Positions 1 to 11,660 of a stretch of 64,000 bases of DNA are shown piece by piece. The DNA comes from Gnetum montanum (Eukaryota > Plantae > Gnetophyta). The notes below the pieces were generated by a model. That model was not told the DNA's origin. It saw only the letters and a program-made list of their open reading frames with translations, and did not search any database. Numbering within the stretch: the first letter of the stretch is position 1; every line of letters begins with the position of its first letter. The stretch covers positions 175,926 through 239,925 of the forward strand of contig MNCI01002357.1 in NCBI GenBank assembly GCA_015680685.1, read 5' to 3'. A program made the position numbers and the translations under genes.

Positions 1-287
1 AAGAAGATTGATAGTTTGGAAAATTTCAAAGTTTCAAAGGATATTCTAGATTCTAAGACTGATTCTTCATCAGAAGAAGAACAAAAGAAAGATTTTGAAT
101 TGGGAACTAGTAGTGGAGTGAAAACTAGAAGATCAAGAAGATCACCCATTATATCTAGTTTGTTAATTCGTAAGAGAAGATCTAGAAAGTTTAAGAGTTC
201 AATTATTCAAAGGAATAGGATGGCAAATCCTTGGCAAAGAGTTATACCATTAGGATTTCAAAATTACAATGATATTCCTAAGGTAGT
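1..287 (+). pseudogene. Fragment of the gag 5' region of a Tat family-B element, truncated at a deletion junction
   Basis: Close match to 13409-13691 (DSSSEEE..FELGTSSGVK.RRSRRSPII...WQR.IPLGFQNYNDIPKV). Homology stops at AGGTAGT, where minus-strand Athila RT begins. Confidence 0.9.
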
Positions 288-3200
288 CTTGGCTTGGTCT
301 TCCAGGGCTATTTGTATTTGGTTATATTCGCTATATCTATCCAAAAAACTATAATAGCAATGCCCTGTGATGGTGTCTAAGACTTGGTCGACAAATTGCA
401 ATGGAAAATGATCTTTGAATGTTGCCATATTTAGTAGCCTGAAATCTATGGACACCCTCCATTTTCCTCATTTTAGGCATAATATCTAAGGGGCTAAGTT
501 ATTTGCTATCAAAAATGGATATATGAACCCAGCCTTGAGAAGCTATTTGATTTCTTTCTTAACTACTTACTTCAGCTTAGGGTTTAATCACCTTTGTGGT
601 TGTCTTTAAGGCTTCATGGAGGGGTCAGTGTAAATTCTATGTTGGCATATCCTAGGATCTATTCTAGTTAATTCACTATATGATGAAGCAAAGGCTTCTA
701 ACCATTTATTTATTACCTTTAACAATTCTTCTTTCTATTGAGGAGCAAGCTTAGTGTTGATAATTTTTTGTTTCTAAGGAACATGTATTCCATACCGGTG
801 GACAATGGTTTCAACTCGAATGGCTCTTACTTAAATTTCTCAAGGATTTCCAACTTCCCCTAGTTGATTTTTTCAAGGTTAAGACTTGGAAGTTGGTGGT
901 GGACTTGCTCTAATGCATCTATGCTATCGATGTAAGCACAAGTCAAACCCTCAGTTGGTTCCATGCATACGAGTGAACTACTTTCTTGATCAGCTGTCAA
1001 CCACTAGGTGTCTTCCTATTGTGTGGCTACTGCATATAAGCATCTTTGTATGTTAATCACTTGTGCACACTAATTGCATGTAGGCAATGCTAGACTTTGC
1101 ACAAACCATGACCTCTACACGCAATTACACTATGTGTCACTATATGCAATGCATGGAACTTTCTTCTTCTCGATATTTTTGAATGTATTTTCCTTTGTTA
1201 TTTCTAAAGAAAGATCATAGATTCCTAGGCATGCATCAATGGTGCTTAGCCATGCTCTTCCCATTATGATTGGGAAGTCCCCCTTATCATTGTTTACCTA
1301 AATCACTAGGAAGTTAGCTGGGTATGACCATCCACAAATAGTGGTAACAATGTCTTCCACTAGTCCTAATGAGACAGTGATGGACTGGTCAGCCAACTCT
1401 AGACGAATGTTGCTCTTTTTCAATGGAGGCAGGTTCTAGGCCTTGTACATTTCTTGAGAAATCAAGTTGACACTAGAGCCTAAATCCAAAAGAGCCTTGC
1501 ACAACACATTTCTAGTGATTTGTAAGTATATCAGAGGACTCCTAGGATTAGAGAATTTTCTAGGAAGGTGGCCAACTTTGATTCAATCGGGGATGACATG
1601 TGTTAGCATGACTGTATGCATTGAGTGTGATGATTAGGTTGAAGGGGGCTCTGAAGTTTTGATTGATACTGAGGTGTCTAAGGAATCAGCCGCTTGTGAT
1701 TACAAGGGCTTGGTTGGACTATTGGTTCTAAAGAAAGGTCTTTTCTTCATGTGGTTATTGGAACCAACAGTAGTTTGAGAGTTAATAGCCCTTGTGGTGT
1801 TACGTTGCTACGGTTGGGTAGGGATTTCACCTTGCATCGTGGGAGCACGTGGTAGTGGAGCTATTGGTGGAAGAGATGTAGTCGGATGAGAGGGATGACA
1901 TGCTTGTAGAATATCACCTCTAGAAGAAAGATTCCCATAATACTCATGAGCTTGGTAGTGAGGTTGAGGAGTGACATGACCAGTAGAGTCATGTGGGGAG
2001 ATTAGCTGCTGCATGTAATATTCATATGGGTCAGGTTACTGGTAAGTATATTGTTGCATTGGTGATGGAATTCCCCATGATTGTGGGTGCTACCACTATT
2101 GATATTGCTCAATTAGTTGTGGTGGAGTTCCACTAGGATAAGATGTTAAGGGTTGGTGAAACTGCCTTGGGTTACCTTGAGGATAAGGTAGCCTTTGGGG
2201 TGTTTGCCTTTTGTTTAATTATGGGTTGAGTGTATATATCCCAGACTCCTACAAATGTGAGATTACAGGGCAACATTCCTTAGGATGGTCATATTGACAT
2301 ATCTCACATCCACTATCATTATCTATTTCCAAATCCACAACCTCTTCAATGATGGAAACTTTGCCCTTACCCTTGCTACATGCATGTTCAGCCTCTTTTT
2401 TTTTCTTATTACCTTGCTCTCTAGACTCCTTTACTATTTTAAGAATAGTTTGAAATCTATTGTATAGGGAATCCCACATTTGATATACCTTTTCTAAAAC
2501 TTCTGATGTCATCTTTTGGATAGGAAAAGTTTTTCTATTCACCATCTCTTTGAGTGGTGACTCTTCTTCATCCTCACAAAATCTTACTCCCCTCTTCCGA
2601 AGTGAAGGATCTTGGTTATACTCTTATGCACTTTCTCTCTTCCATAGCTCACCTTCTTCCTTAGCAACTTACTCCAATAGTCTTTGAATTTTATGGGACC
2701 TAAACTTGGATAGTCTCCCTTGGGCATAAGTCCCAAGGGTTCTTCTTGTTTCATGCCTAAGCCCATCCACGAGATGGGGCAATTGATCCCTTTTTGAATA
2801 ACCATGGTTAGGACAATGATGTAACAGTTCATAGTATTAGCCAATGGTAGCATCCAAGGGTTCATGTACTCCTTGTTTCCAGCCTTGGATTTGCTTTCGC
2901 AAGTTAGACACTCCGGAGTACATTTGGTACTTGTCATTAAATAGTTCTAACATAGTACTCCACCTATGAATGGATTCTGGTTCTAAGGACCAGTACCAGC
3001 TTTTCGCTTCTTTAACTAATGTCTGTGGGAACAACTTAAGTTTTTACCATTTTTTCTCTATGTTTTGTAAGGAACACGCATCATGGAATGCTTGTAAATG
3101 ATTCTGAGGATCAATGTTGTATCCCCTTTCAAATTGTGGGATGTTGTTCATATCTAATCTCTTGATCCTACTATCTTTTTGATGCCTTGTTGGAATTCTA

Positions 3201-4101
3201 ATAGCCTCAATTATGTCCAACATACTTCGAGTAGCGAGGAGGGGTTCATCATGATCATCTCGTCCATGGAATCTATGATGCCTACATTGTTCCCTACTCT
3301 CCCTTCTTCTATGTCATGACTCTTTAGAGTGCCCTCATCCCCTTTCCTGGTTGTTTTGTCTATGAATTCCACTTTGCCTACCTTTATCCCCATGGTCTTT
3401 TTCTTTATGACTATGTTTGAGTACTAAAGGAGAGGATGAAGAAGATGATGAAGGTGAAAAAGAAGGAGAACCATCACCATGATGGTGTTTGCTACCTTCT
3501 CTTGGGTGATCAGGGCCTTGATCATGATTGCGTTCAGAATGTCCACCTTTATCATATGTCCATGTCCCTTTTTTGGACCCTTTGTGCTCATGGGTAGTAG
3601 AACCTAGGTTATGAATAGTGGAATGAAAGTTCTGATACACAACCCCTTAGCCAAATTCAAGGGAAGGAACATTGTTGTGTGGATGACTACCTGATGTAGG
3701 TTCACCACCCTCATTTTTGCTTAAGACATGTGGGTAATCCTGGGACCACTTACCCTTCAAAGACTTATGATGTCTCTCCTGTTGCAAGTCCCTTTGACGT
3801 TGTGCCTCTGTGGGATGGTATTCTCTCGAGTCATGGTCTTGCACAATCTATTTTGCATGTAAGTGCGGCATGCTAATTCATGTGAGAGCATGAAGAAGCA
3901 TGCTTGGGACTAAATGATCAGGAGGTAACACTATGTTACCTTCTAAGTCTTGCCAACTTAGTTGTTCATCTTGATGGAGGATAAAGGTAAAGTCAGGTAT
4001 ATACTCATTGGGATGAATATATACCACCCGAACTTGTTGAGGAACTGGCAGATCAACATCATGTATATTACGCCACCAACTATTTCTTGTTTTAGACCTA
4101 G
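283..4101 (-). mobile_element. Athila family A copy A1: decayed gag-protease-partial RT, no LTRs retained
   Basis: RT motifs IDFRLLNMATFKDHFPL and YNQIQIALEDQAKT. Protease LLDLGSSVNLI near 1460-1495. Gag KEAKSWYWSLEPESIHRWSTM and knuckle CEICQYDHPKECC. Colinear with A2; many stops and frameshifts. Confidence 0.9.
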
Positions 4102-4509
4102 CTGGTGAGGTCACATCCTTTTGCATCCATTTGAATCTTTCCTTGGTTTGAAGAGTACTAAGCCACTAATTTATTAATAAGTTTACTTAGAAAAATGAAT
4201 AGTACATTTCCAAAACAAAGTAAGACCATAAAGTTGAATGGATGAATGGATGACATGGACTCATTGTCTATTTTATCAAAAGAAATCATATCTTAGTATC
4301 AGCATTGAAAGTTAAAGGTAAAAACCAAACATTAGCAATCAACATCCTTATAGTCCAACCCACCATCGTGAGCACTTATTATGTGATGAGTAAGAATAAA
4401 TCAAAAAAAGAAATAGTAAAAATGTTAACGATGGTGTAAAAAAAAAAGTAAATATGAAGAATGTGTAAAACAAAAATATGTAAAAGAAAAATACAAAAGG
4501 AACTAAGGG

Positions 4510-7500
4510 CTAAGAATAGTTAGCATTGGTGGCCATCTTCCCCAAGATTGAGTTGGAAGGAGGCGATCTGAAATAAGGAGTAGGGTTGTCCACCAATAGA
4601 GCTAGTATTAGTACTGGCTATTTTAGGCTCATGGAAAGGTTTGGTTTGCTAGCTGTTGACTAATAATTTTCTTCCCAGGCTTTCAAGTTTATAGATCATC
4701 ATGGCCCCTGAAGAAAAAGTTTAATGAATGATATAAGGTCCCTCCCACAGCATTTGAAATTTAGTTCATTATGGCATGTGTGGGGGATTCCAATAAAGGA
4801 CCTTATCTCTTTGTTGGTATTTAACTTTTCTAATTTTCAAGACATGATGATGTTTATTAAAGGCCTTGTGCAATTCGTTGGATGATGGGATTGCTAATCA
4901 GTTCTCATCTAGTAAGTTAAGGTTCATTAACCATTCTTTTTGTGCTAGATTGAGATCAAGGTTAAGGTCACATGTTGTGGATAGTGTATGAAGATCAGCT
5001 TTAATAGGAAGAATTGGAAGTTTACTGCACACTAACTCATAGAGAGAGTAGCCTATAGGGAGTTTCCATGTGGACCAGTATGCCCAAAGAGCATTGTTCA
5101 GTTTGGTGCTCCAGTCTTGCCTATATTTTCTAATGGTTCATGTCAATATTTGTGTAATCTCCCTATTGATGACTTTGACTTGACCATTCGCTTGAGGATG
5201 ATATGGTGTAGTCATTTTGTGTTCAAATCATAAGTGTTACATCAATTTTTGAAAAGTCACACCTATCAAATATGTGCCATTGTTAGAAATAAGTGCACCA
5301 GGCATGCCAAACCTATTTACAATTTGTTGTTGAACAAATTGTGTAGCGGTAGATGATGTATAGTCAGGAACAGTGGTTGCTTCTACACACTGTATAGTCA
5401 ATAGAAACAACAATGTATGATTTTACATTGAACATCAATGTAATAGGCTCTATAAAATTAATTCCCCATATGTCTAAGGGTTCTAAGGATTGAATCCATT
5501 GTTGTAGATCCTCCATTCTAGTAGTCATTTCCCCATCATGTTGGCAGTGCTCACAAGATTCGACAAAATGATGAGCATCCTGAAACAATGTAGGCCAATA
5601 ATATCGTGTAAGCGAAATTTTAATGGTTTTTCATCTCCCAGCGTAATGCCCCCACAAGAACCCTCATGAGCATCTTAGAGAACTCACAATTGATCTACAT
5701 CGGGAACACACCATCAGACCAAGCCATTGAAACATACCTTATAAAGGTGCTTGTTGATTTCCATGAAATACTTGGCTCAGTGTAGAAATTGCTATTTCTT
5801 TTTAATGTCTAGCTCTTGTGGTGTTTTTTGTGTAAGTAGATAAGTGAGAATGCTACCATACCAAGTTGTATCAGTAGGTAATTGATTATTTATCACACTT
5901 GCAAAGAGGAGTTCATCAGGGAAATGGTCAGAAATTGGATATTCATCCTCTTTATTGTCCCATCATAACCGAGATAAATGATTAGCAACAACATTCTTGG
6001 TGCCTTTATGATCAATATCAAACTCTTGTAAGATCACGAGCCATCATATGATGTGAGGGATCACCATTGGTTTATTTATCAAGAACTGTATTGCACTATG
6101 ATCTGTATGTATAAATATCTTATAGCCAAATACATGGTGCCTAAATTTTTCTAGTGCAAACATTGTAGCCATTAACTCTTTCTCGGTTATGGTATAGTTG
6201 AGTTGTGCACCAACAATACTTCGAGTTGCAAAATGGATGTAATAAGGATGTTTTTGGTTGTCTAACTATGTAAGTACAGCTCCTAAAGAAAAATTGGTTG
6301 CATTAGTCATTATATGGAATAGCTTGAACCAGTCAGGAGCTTGTAGAATGGGTGTTTCTATGAGCTTCTGTTTTAAGGTTTGAAAGGCTAGCTCACATTC
6401 CTTAGTCCATTCAAAGGGTATGTCCTTTGTTAATTTGACCAATGGTTTTACACCCTTCGAAAAGTTCTCAATGAAGCATCTATAATAGCCAGTATGTCCA
6501 AGGAATGACCAGATATCTTTTATAGTTTTAGGTTAACGAGTGATTCCTTGGATGACTTTGATCTTTTCAGGATCTACCTCTATCCCTGTTTGTGAAATAT
6601 TATGCCCTAATACAACACCTTCTTGGACCATTAAGTGGTTTTTTTGCCAATTGAGCCTTAAATTAGTTTCAACACATTGTTTTAGTACTTGCTCTAATCG
6701 ATCCAATGCTTAATCGAAGTCCATTTCATAGGTCGAGAAATTGTCCATAAAGACCTCCACACCATTTCCTATTTGCTACTAAAATATGCTTAGAATCAGA
6801 CATTGAAATGTTGCTAGGGAATTGTACATGTCAAACGACATCTATCTATATGCAAATGTCCTACAAGGACTTGTGAATGTAGTTTTGTCTTGGTCTCTTG
6901 TTGCTATTTGAATTTGATTATACCCACTGAAACCATCTAGCAAACTATAGTAGCAATGCCCTGCAATGGTATCTAAGACTTGGTTGACAAATGGTAATGG
7001 AAAGTGGCCTTTAAATGTTGCCATATTCAGTAGCCTAAAGTCTATACACACCCTTCATTTACCTCCCTTTTTGGGCACAATGACCAATGTACTAACCCAT
7101 TTGCTATCAGCAATGGGGTAGATGAACCCAGCTTTTAGAAGTTATTCAATTTCTTCTTTAACCACTTACTTAAGCTTTGGGTTCAATCACCTTTGTAGTT
7201 TTTGTCAAGGCTTCATGGAGGGGTCAGTGTAAATTCTATGTTGGCATAGCCTAGGATCTATTTGGGTTAATTCGGGATATGACCAAGTGAAGGCTTTCAA
7301 CCAATTGTTTACACTTCCAACAATATTTCTTTTTGTTAGGGAGCGAGCTTAGCATTAATAATTATTGATTTTCCATTCTTGAGAAACGTGTGCTCCATAT
7401 CGGTGGGCAACACTTTTAACTCAAGGGGCTCTTGCTTGAACTTATCACTGATTTCCAACTTTCCCTAGTTGATATTTTCAATGTCAAGACTTTGAAGTTA

Positions 7501-10500
7501 GCGATGGATTTGCTCTAATGTATCTATGTTATCAATGTAGGTGCAAGTCAAGCTCTCAGTTGGTTCCATGCATATAGTTAAATTTCTCTCTTGGTCAGCT
7601 GTTAGCCAGTGGGTGCCTTCCTATCTTGTGGCTCTGCATACAGGCATCTTTATATGTCGGTTACTTGTGTACACTGGTTACATGCAGGAAATGTTAAACA
7701 TTGTAAAAGCCAAGACTTCTACACATAATTACACCTTGTGTCACTATATGCAATGCATGAAACTTTCTTTTTCTCGATCTTTCCAAATGTATTTTCTTTT
7801 GATATATCTAGGAAAAGATCATGTATTCCTAGGCATGCGTTAATTGTTCTTAGTCATGCTCTTTCCATTATGATTTGGAAGTCCCCCTTACAGCTGTTGA
7901 CTTGAATCACTAGGAAATCAGCTAAATACGACCACCCACAAATAGTGGTGACAATGTCCTCCACTAGTCCTAATGGGATAGTGATGGACTAGTTGGACAA
8001 CTCTAAATGAATGTTACTCTTTTTTTAGTGGAGGTAGGTTCTAGGATTTGTACATTTCTTGGAAGATTAAGTTAACACCACAACCTAAATCCAAAAGAGA
8101 TTTGCAAGGCTCATTCTTAGCGATTTGAAAATATATAAGAGGACTTATAGGATCAGAGAATTTCCTAGGAAGATGGCTAGCTTTAATCTAATCAGTGATG
8201 ACATGAGTCAACATGACCGTATGCGTAGGGCATGGTTTTTAGTTTAAAGGAAGCTCTGAAGATTTGAATGGTGGTGAGGTGATTGGAGGATTAGCTGCTT
8301 ATGGTTGTAAGGACTTAGTTGGAATATTGGTTCTAAAGAAAGGTATCTTCTTTGTGTGGTTGTCTAAACCAATGGTAGGTTAAGGGTTAATAGCCTTGTA
8401 GCATTACGTTGTTGTGGCTAGATAGGGAGCTCACCCTACATAGTTGGAGTAGGTGGTAATGGAGCTAAGGGTGGAAGAGATGCAGTTGGATAAGAAGGAT
8501 AGTACATTTTTGGAACATCACCCTTAGGAGAAGGATTTCTATAGTACTCGTGGACTTGGTAGTGAGGCTGAGGAGTGACGTGACTAGTGGAGTCACGTGA
8601 AGAGATTGGCTACTGCACATAGTATCCATAAGGGTCAGGTTGATAGTAAGGGTACTGTTGACGTGGTGGTGGCATTCCCCATGATTATGGGTGTTTCCAC
8701 TATTGATACTATTCATTTGGTTATGGTGGAGTTCTAGTTGGATAATACATCAAGGGTTGGTGGAACTACCTTGGGTTACCTTGAGGATAAGGTAACCTTC
8801 GGGGTGTTTGTTGTTTGTTTAATCATGGGTTTAGTGCATACACCCCAGACTCTTGCAAATGTGACACTACTGGGCAACATCCTTAAGGATGGTCATATTG
8901 GCATATTTCACATCTTTCATCATTGTCTATGTTTGAATCCACAACCTCTTCAATGACAACAACTTTTCCCTTACCCTTGTTACGTGCATATTCAGCTTCT
9001 CTCTTTTTCCTTCTCTCTCTAAACTCCTCTACTATTTTCAGAACGATTTGAAATTTATCATCTAGGGAGTTTCACATTTGATCTACCTTTTCTGATACTT
9101 CCAATACAAATTTTTAAATGGGAAAGTTTTTCCTATTCACCATCTCTTCAAGTAATGACTCTTCTTCATCCTCACAAAATCTAACTTCCTTTGTTTGGAG
9201 GCAAGGATCTCTGTTGTATTCCTCTACACTCTCTCTTTTCCTTAACTCACCTTTCTTCTTAGCAACTTACTTGAACAATATTTGTACTTGATGGGCTCTA
9301 AGCTCTGATAGTCTTCCTTGGGCATAAGTCCCAAGGGTTCTCTGCATTTTGTAGCTAAGCCCATCTACGAGATGGTGTAGTTGTTCCCTCTATGAGTAAC
9401 CATGGCTAGGGCAACGATGTAACAATGCATAGTATTAGCCCATGGTAGCATCCAAGGGTTCATGTCCTCCTTGTTTCCACCCTTGGATTTTCTTTTGTAG
9501 GTTGGACACTCAGGAGTACGTTTGATACTTATCGTTGAATAGTTCTAACATGGTACTCCATTGGTGAATGGATTCTGGATCTAAGGATCGGTACCAGCTT
9601 TTTCCATTTTTTTCTATATTTTCTAAGGCACATGCATCATGAAATGCTTGTAGATGGTTTTGAGGATCAGCATTATATCCCCCTTCAAATTATGGGATGT
9701 TGTTCATGTCTAATCTTTTGATCCTACTATCTTTCTGGTGCCTTGTTTGGATTCTAACAGCCTCTGTTATGTTTAACATACTTCAGATGGCAAGTAGGGG
9801 TTCATCATGATCATATTGTCTATGGCATCTATGATGGCTATGTTGTTCCCTACTCTCCCTTCTTTCATGATGTGTTTCTCTCGAATGCCCTCATCCCCTT
9901 TCTCAACTGTTTTGTCTATAATCCTTTTTTTGTCTACCATTATCCTCAAGGTCCTTTCCTTTATGACTGTGTTCGAATCCTGAAGGAGAGGGTGAAGGAG
10001 ATGATGAAGGTGAAGAGGAAGGAGGACTGGCATCATGACAGTGCCTATACCCTTCTTTTCAGTGGTCGTAGCATCGGTCATGGTTACAATCAAAATGTCC
10101 ATCTTTATCATGAATTTGTGTTCCTTTTTTGGACCCTTTATGTTCATTGGTATCAAAACCTGAGATATGGATAGTTGAATGAAGATTCTAATACACAACC
10201 CCTTGACTGAAGTCAACAGAAGGAACATCGTTTTGTGGAAAAACTCCTGAGGTAAGTTCACCACCCTCATTTTCACTTAGGACATACAGGACATCCTGAG
10301 ATCACTTTCCATTCATAGATTTGTAATGTCTCTTCTATTGTAGGTCCCTTTGGTGTTGTGCCTCTATGGGTTGATAATCCCTTGAATCTTGTTCATGCAC
10401 AACGTATTCCAATTGTAAGTGATGCATACCAATTCATGTGAGAGCATGAAGAAGCATACTTGGGATTGAGCGATTGTGAGGTAATACTATGTTACCCTCT

Positions 10501-10688
10501 AAATTGCACTAAGGCAATTCTTCATCCTAGTGGAGGATAAAGTTAAAATCTAGTACATACTCATTGAGATGAGCGTATACCAAGAAAAACTATTGGGGCA
10601 GTGGCAAATCAGCATGTGTACTACACCTTTGATTATTCACTGTGTCGGATCTAGGAAGAGAAGCCCTCTCATAAGAAGAAGGAGACAT
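4510..10688 (-). pseudogene. A2 gag-pol (GAG, PROT, RT, RH, INT), disrupted
   Basis: ATG at 10688 (MSPSSY; A4 has MSSSY). RT CIDFRLLN..LDGFSGYNQI (6842-7051). INT zinc finger DAHHFVESCEHCQ and core WGINF (5364-5588). Left end approximate. Confidence 0.88.
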
Positions 10689-10803
10689 GATTGTTTAGTT
10701 AGTGTGTGATACTCTCTTTTGATGATTGTAAAATAACTAACCCTAAGGGTTCATTCCAATGATGGGAAGATTTCTAAGTTCTAATTAGTGCACAAACAAC
10801 AAA

Positions 10804-10822
10804 GTCCCTGGCAACAGTGCCA
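10804..10822 (-). promoter_or_regulatory. Primer-binding site, tRNA-Asp (Athila type)
   Basis: Minus strand TGGCACTGTTGCCAGGGAC is TGGCGCCGTTGCCGGGGA with CpG decay, 1 nt from the LTR end. Confidence 0.9.
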
Positions 10823-10823
10823 A

Positions 10824-11660
10824 TGATGAGCGGTGAGGTACCCCTACTCTCAACCATACGAATATGAGCATTCACACATGATCTAGTCGAATTCCAAAAA
10901 CTAAGTGCTTATGCACGTTCACAGAACAAGGATGGGCTAGTCAATTGTTATCTTCCCAAGCTTACTTGTATGCCATTATTGTATGGTTAAGTAAACTTGA
11001 GGTATGTGATTTTTATGTTTTATGTTCGTGGTACTTAAAATAAAGAAATGAAATAATTAAGTAACTAGTTTAATTTAAGTAATAAACTACGATCTACCTA
11101 ATCCTAACACTAGCATCCGTTTCCACTCTCTATACACATCCTGAACTAGTGTAACACTACTGGGATTACCAAACACTAATCATTACTGGGTTACCAACGG
11201 TTCGACATATGTTTGAAGTGGTTGTACTGAGTGTGCTTACTTGTGAAAATTAACGAATCAATAAAAGCAACATCAATTAACTAATGAAAGAATTAGATAA
11301 CTATAAACAATATTAAATGCAATAAATAAGCTATTCTGAATGTTACAAGGTTTATCACAAAGTTTATCTTTATTTTCGGACACAAGGTGTGCTTAGGTAC
11401 ACAATGCTCGAATAAAGATCCGTTCACTTTATGACTCCTACTGCGAGCACTTAGAAATAATTCTAACTCTGAGAAGAGAAAACTATAAGAATTTGGGTAA
11501 GGTACTAAGAACTAACGCCAAAAATAAGTGCGCCTGCCTCTTATTTATAGGCAACGAGACAAGTTTTGACATCAAATTTCTGATATCGCTTGGCAAGCTT
11601 TGATATCGCGGACCCAATATTACGGACCCGATATCATGGCCCTAATATCGTAGCTCATCA
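10824..11660 (-). repeat. A2 5' LTR (837 bp)
   Basis: Perfect 8-bp terminal inverted repeats TGATGAGC...GCTCATCA. Minus-strand TATA CTATAAATAA at 11541-11550. Homologous to 27908-28758. Confidence 0.92.

Larger units (their letters stand above)
4102..11660 (-). mobile_element. Athila family A copy A2: 5' LTR, PBS, decayed gag-pol; 3' LTR missing
   Basis: LTR 10824-11660, tRNA-Asp PBS, gag, protease, RT, RNase H and integrase in Ty3/gypsy order. Inserted into the 5' LTR of element B (flank GTCAT at 11661). Confidence 0.92.

Noticed and set aside
16-354. 112-aa ORF as a real gene
   Set aside because: It is a chimera of Tat gag and antisense Athila RT across a deletion junction.
7541-7843. Antisense ORFs over family-A gag-pol (also 9872-10174, 23532-23816, 24248-24523)
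   Set aside because: Shadow frames of the retroelement ORF that are not kept open in the other copies.
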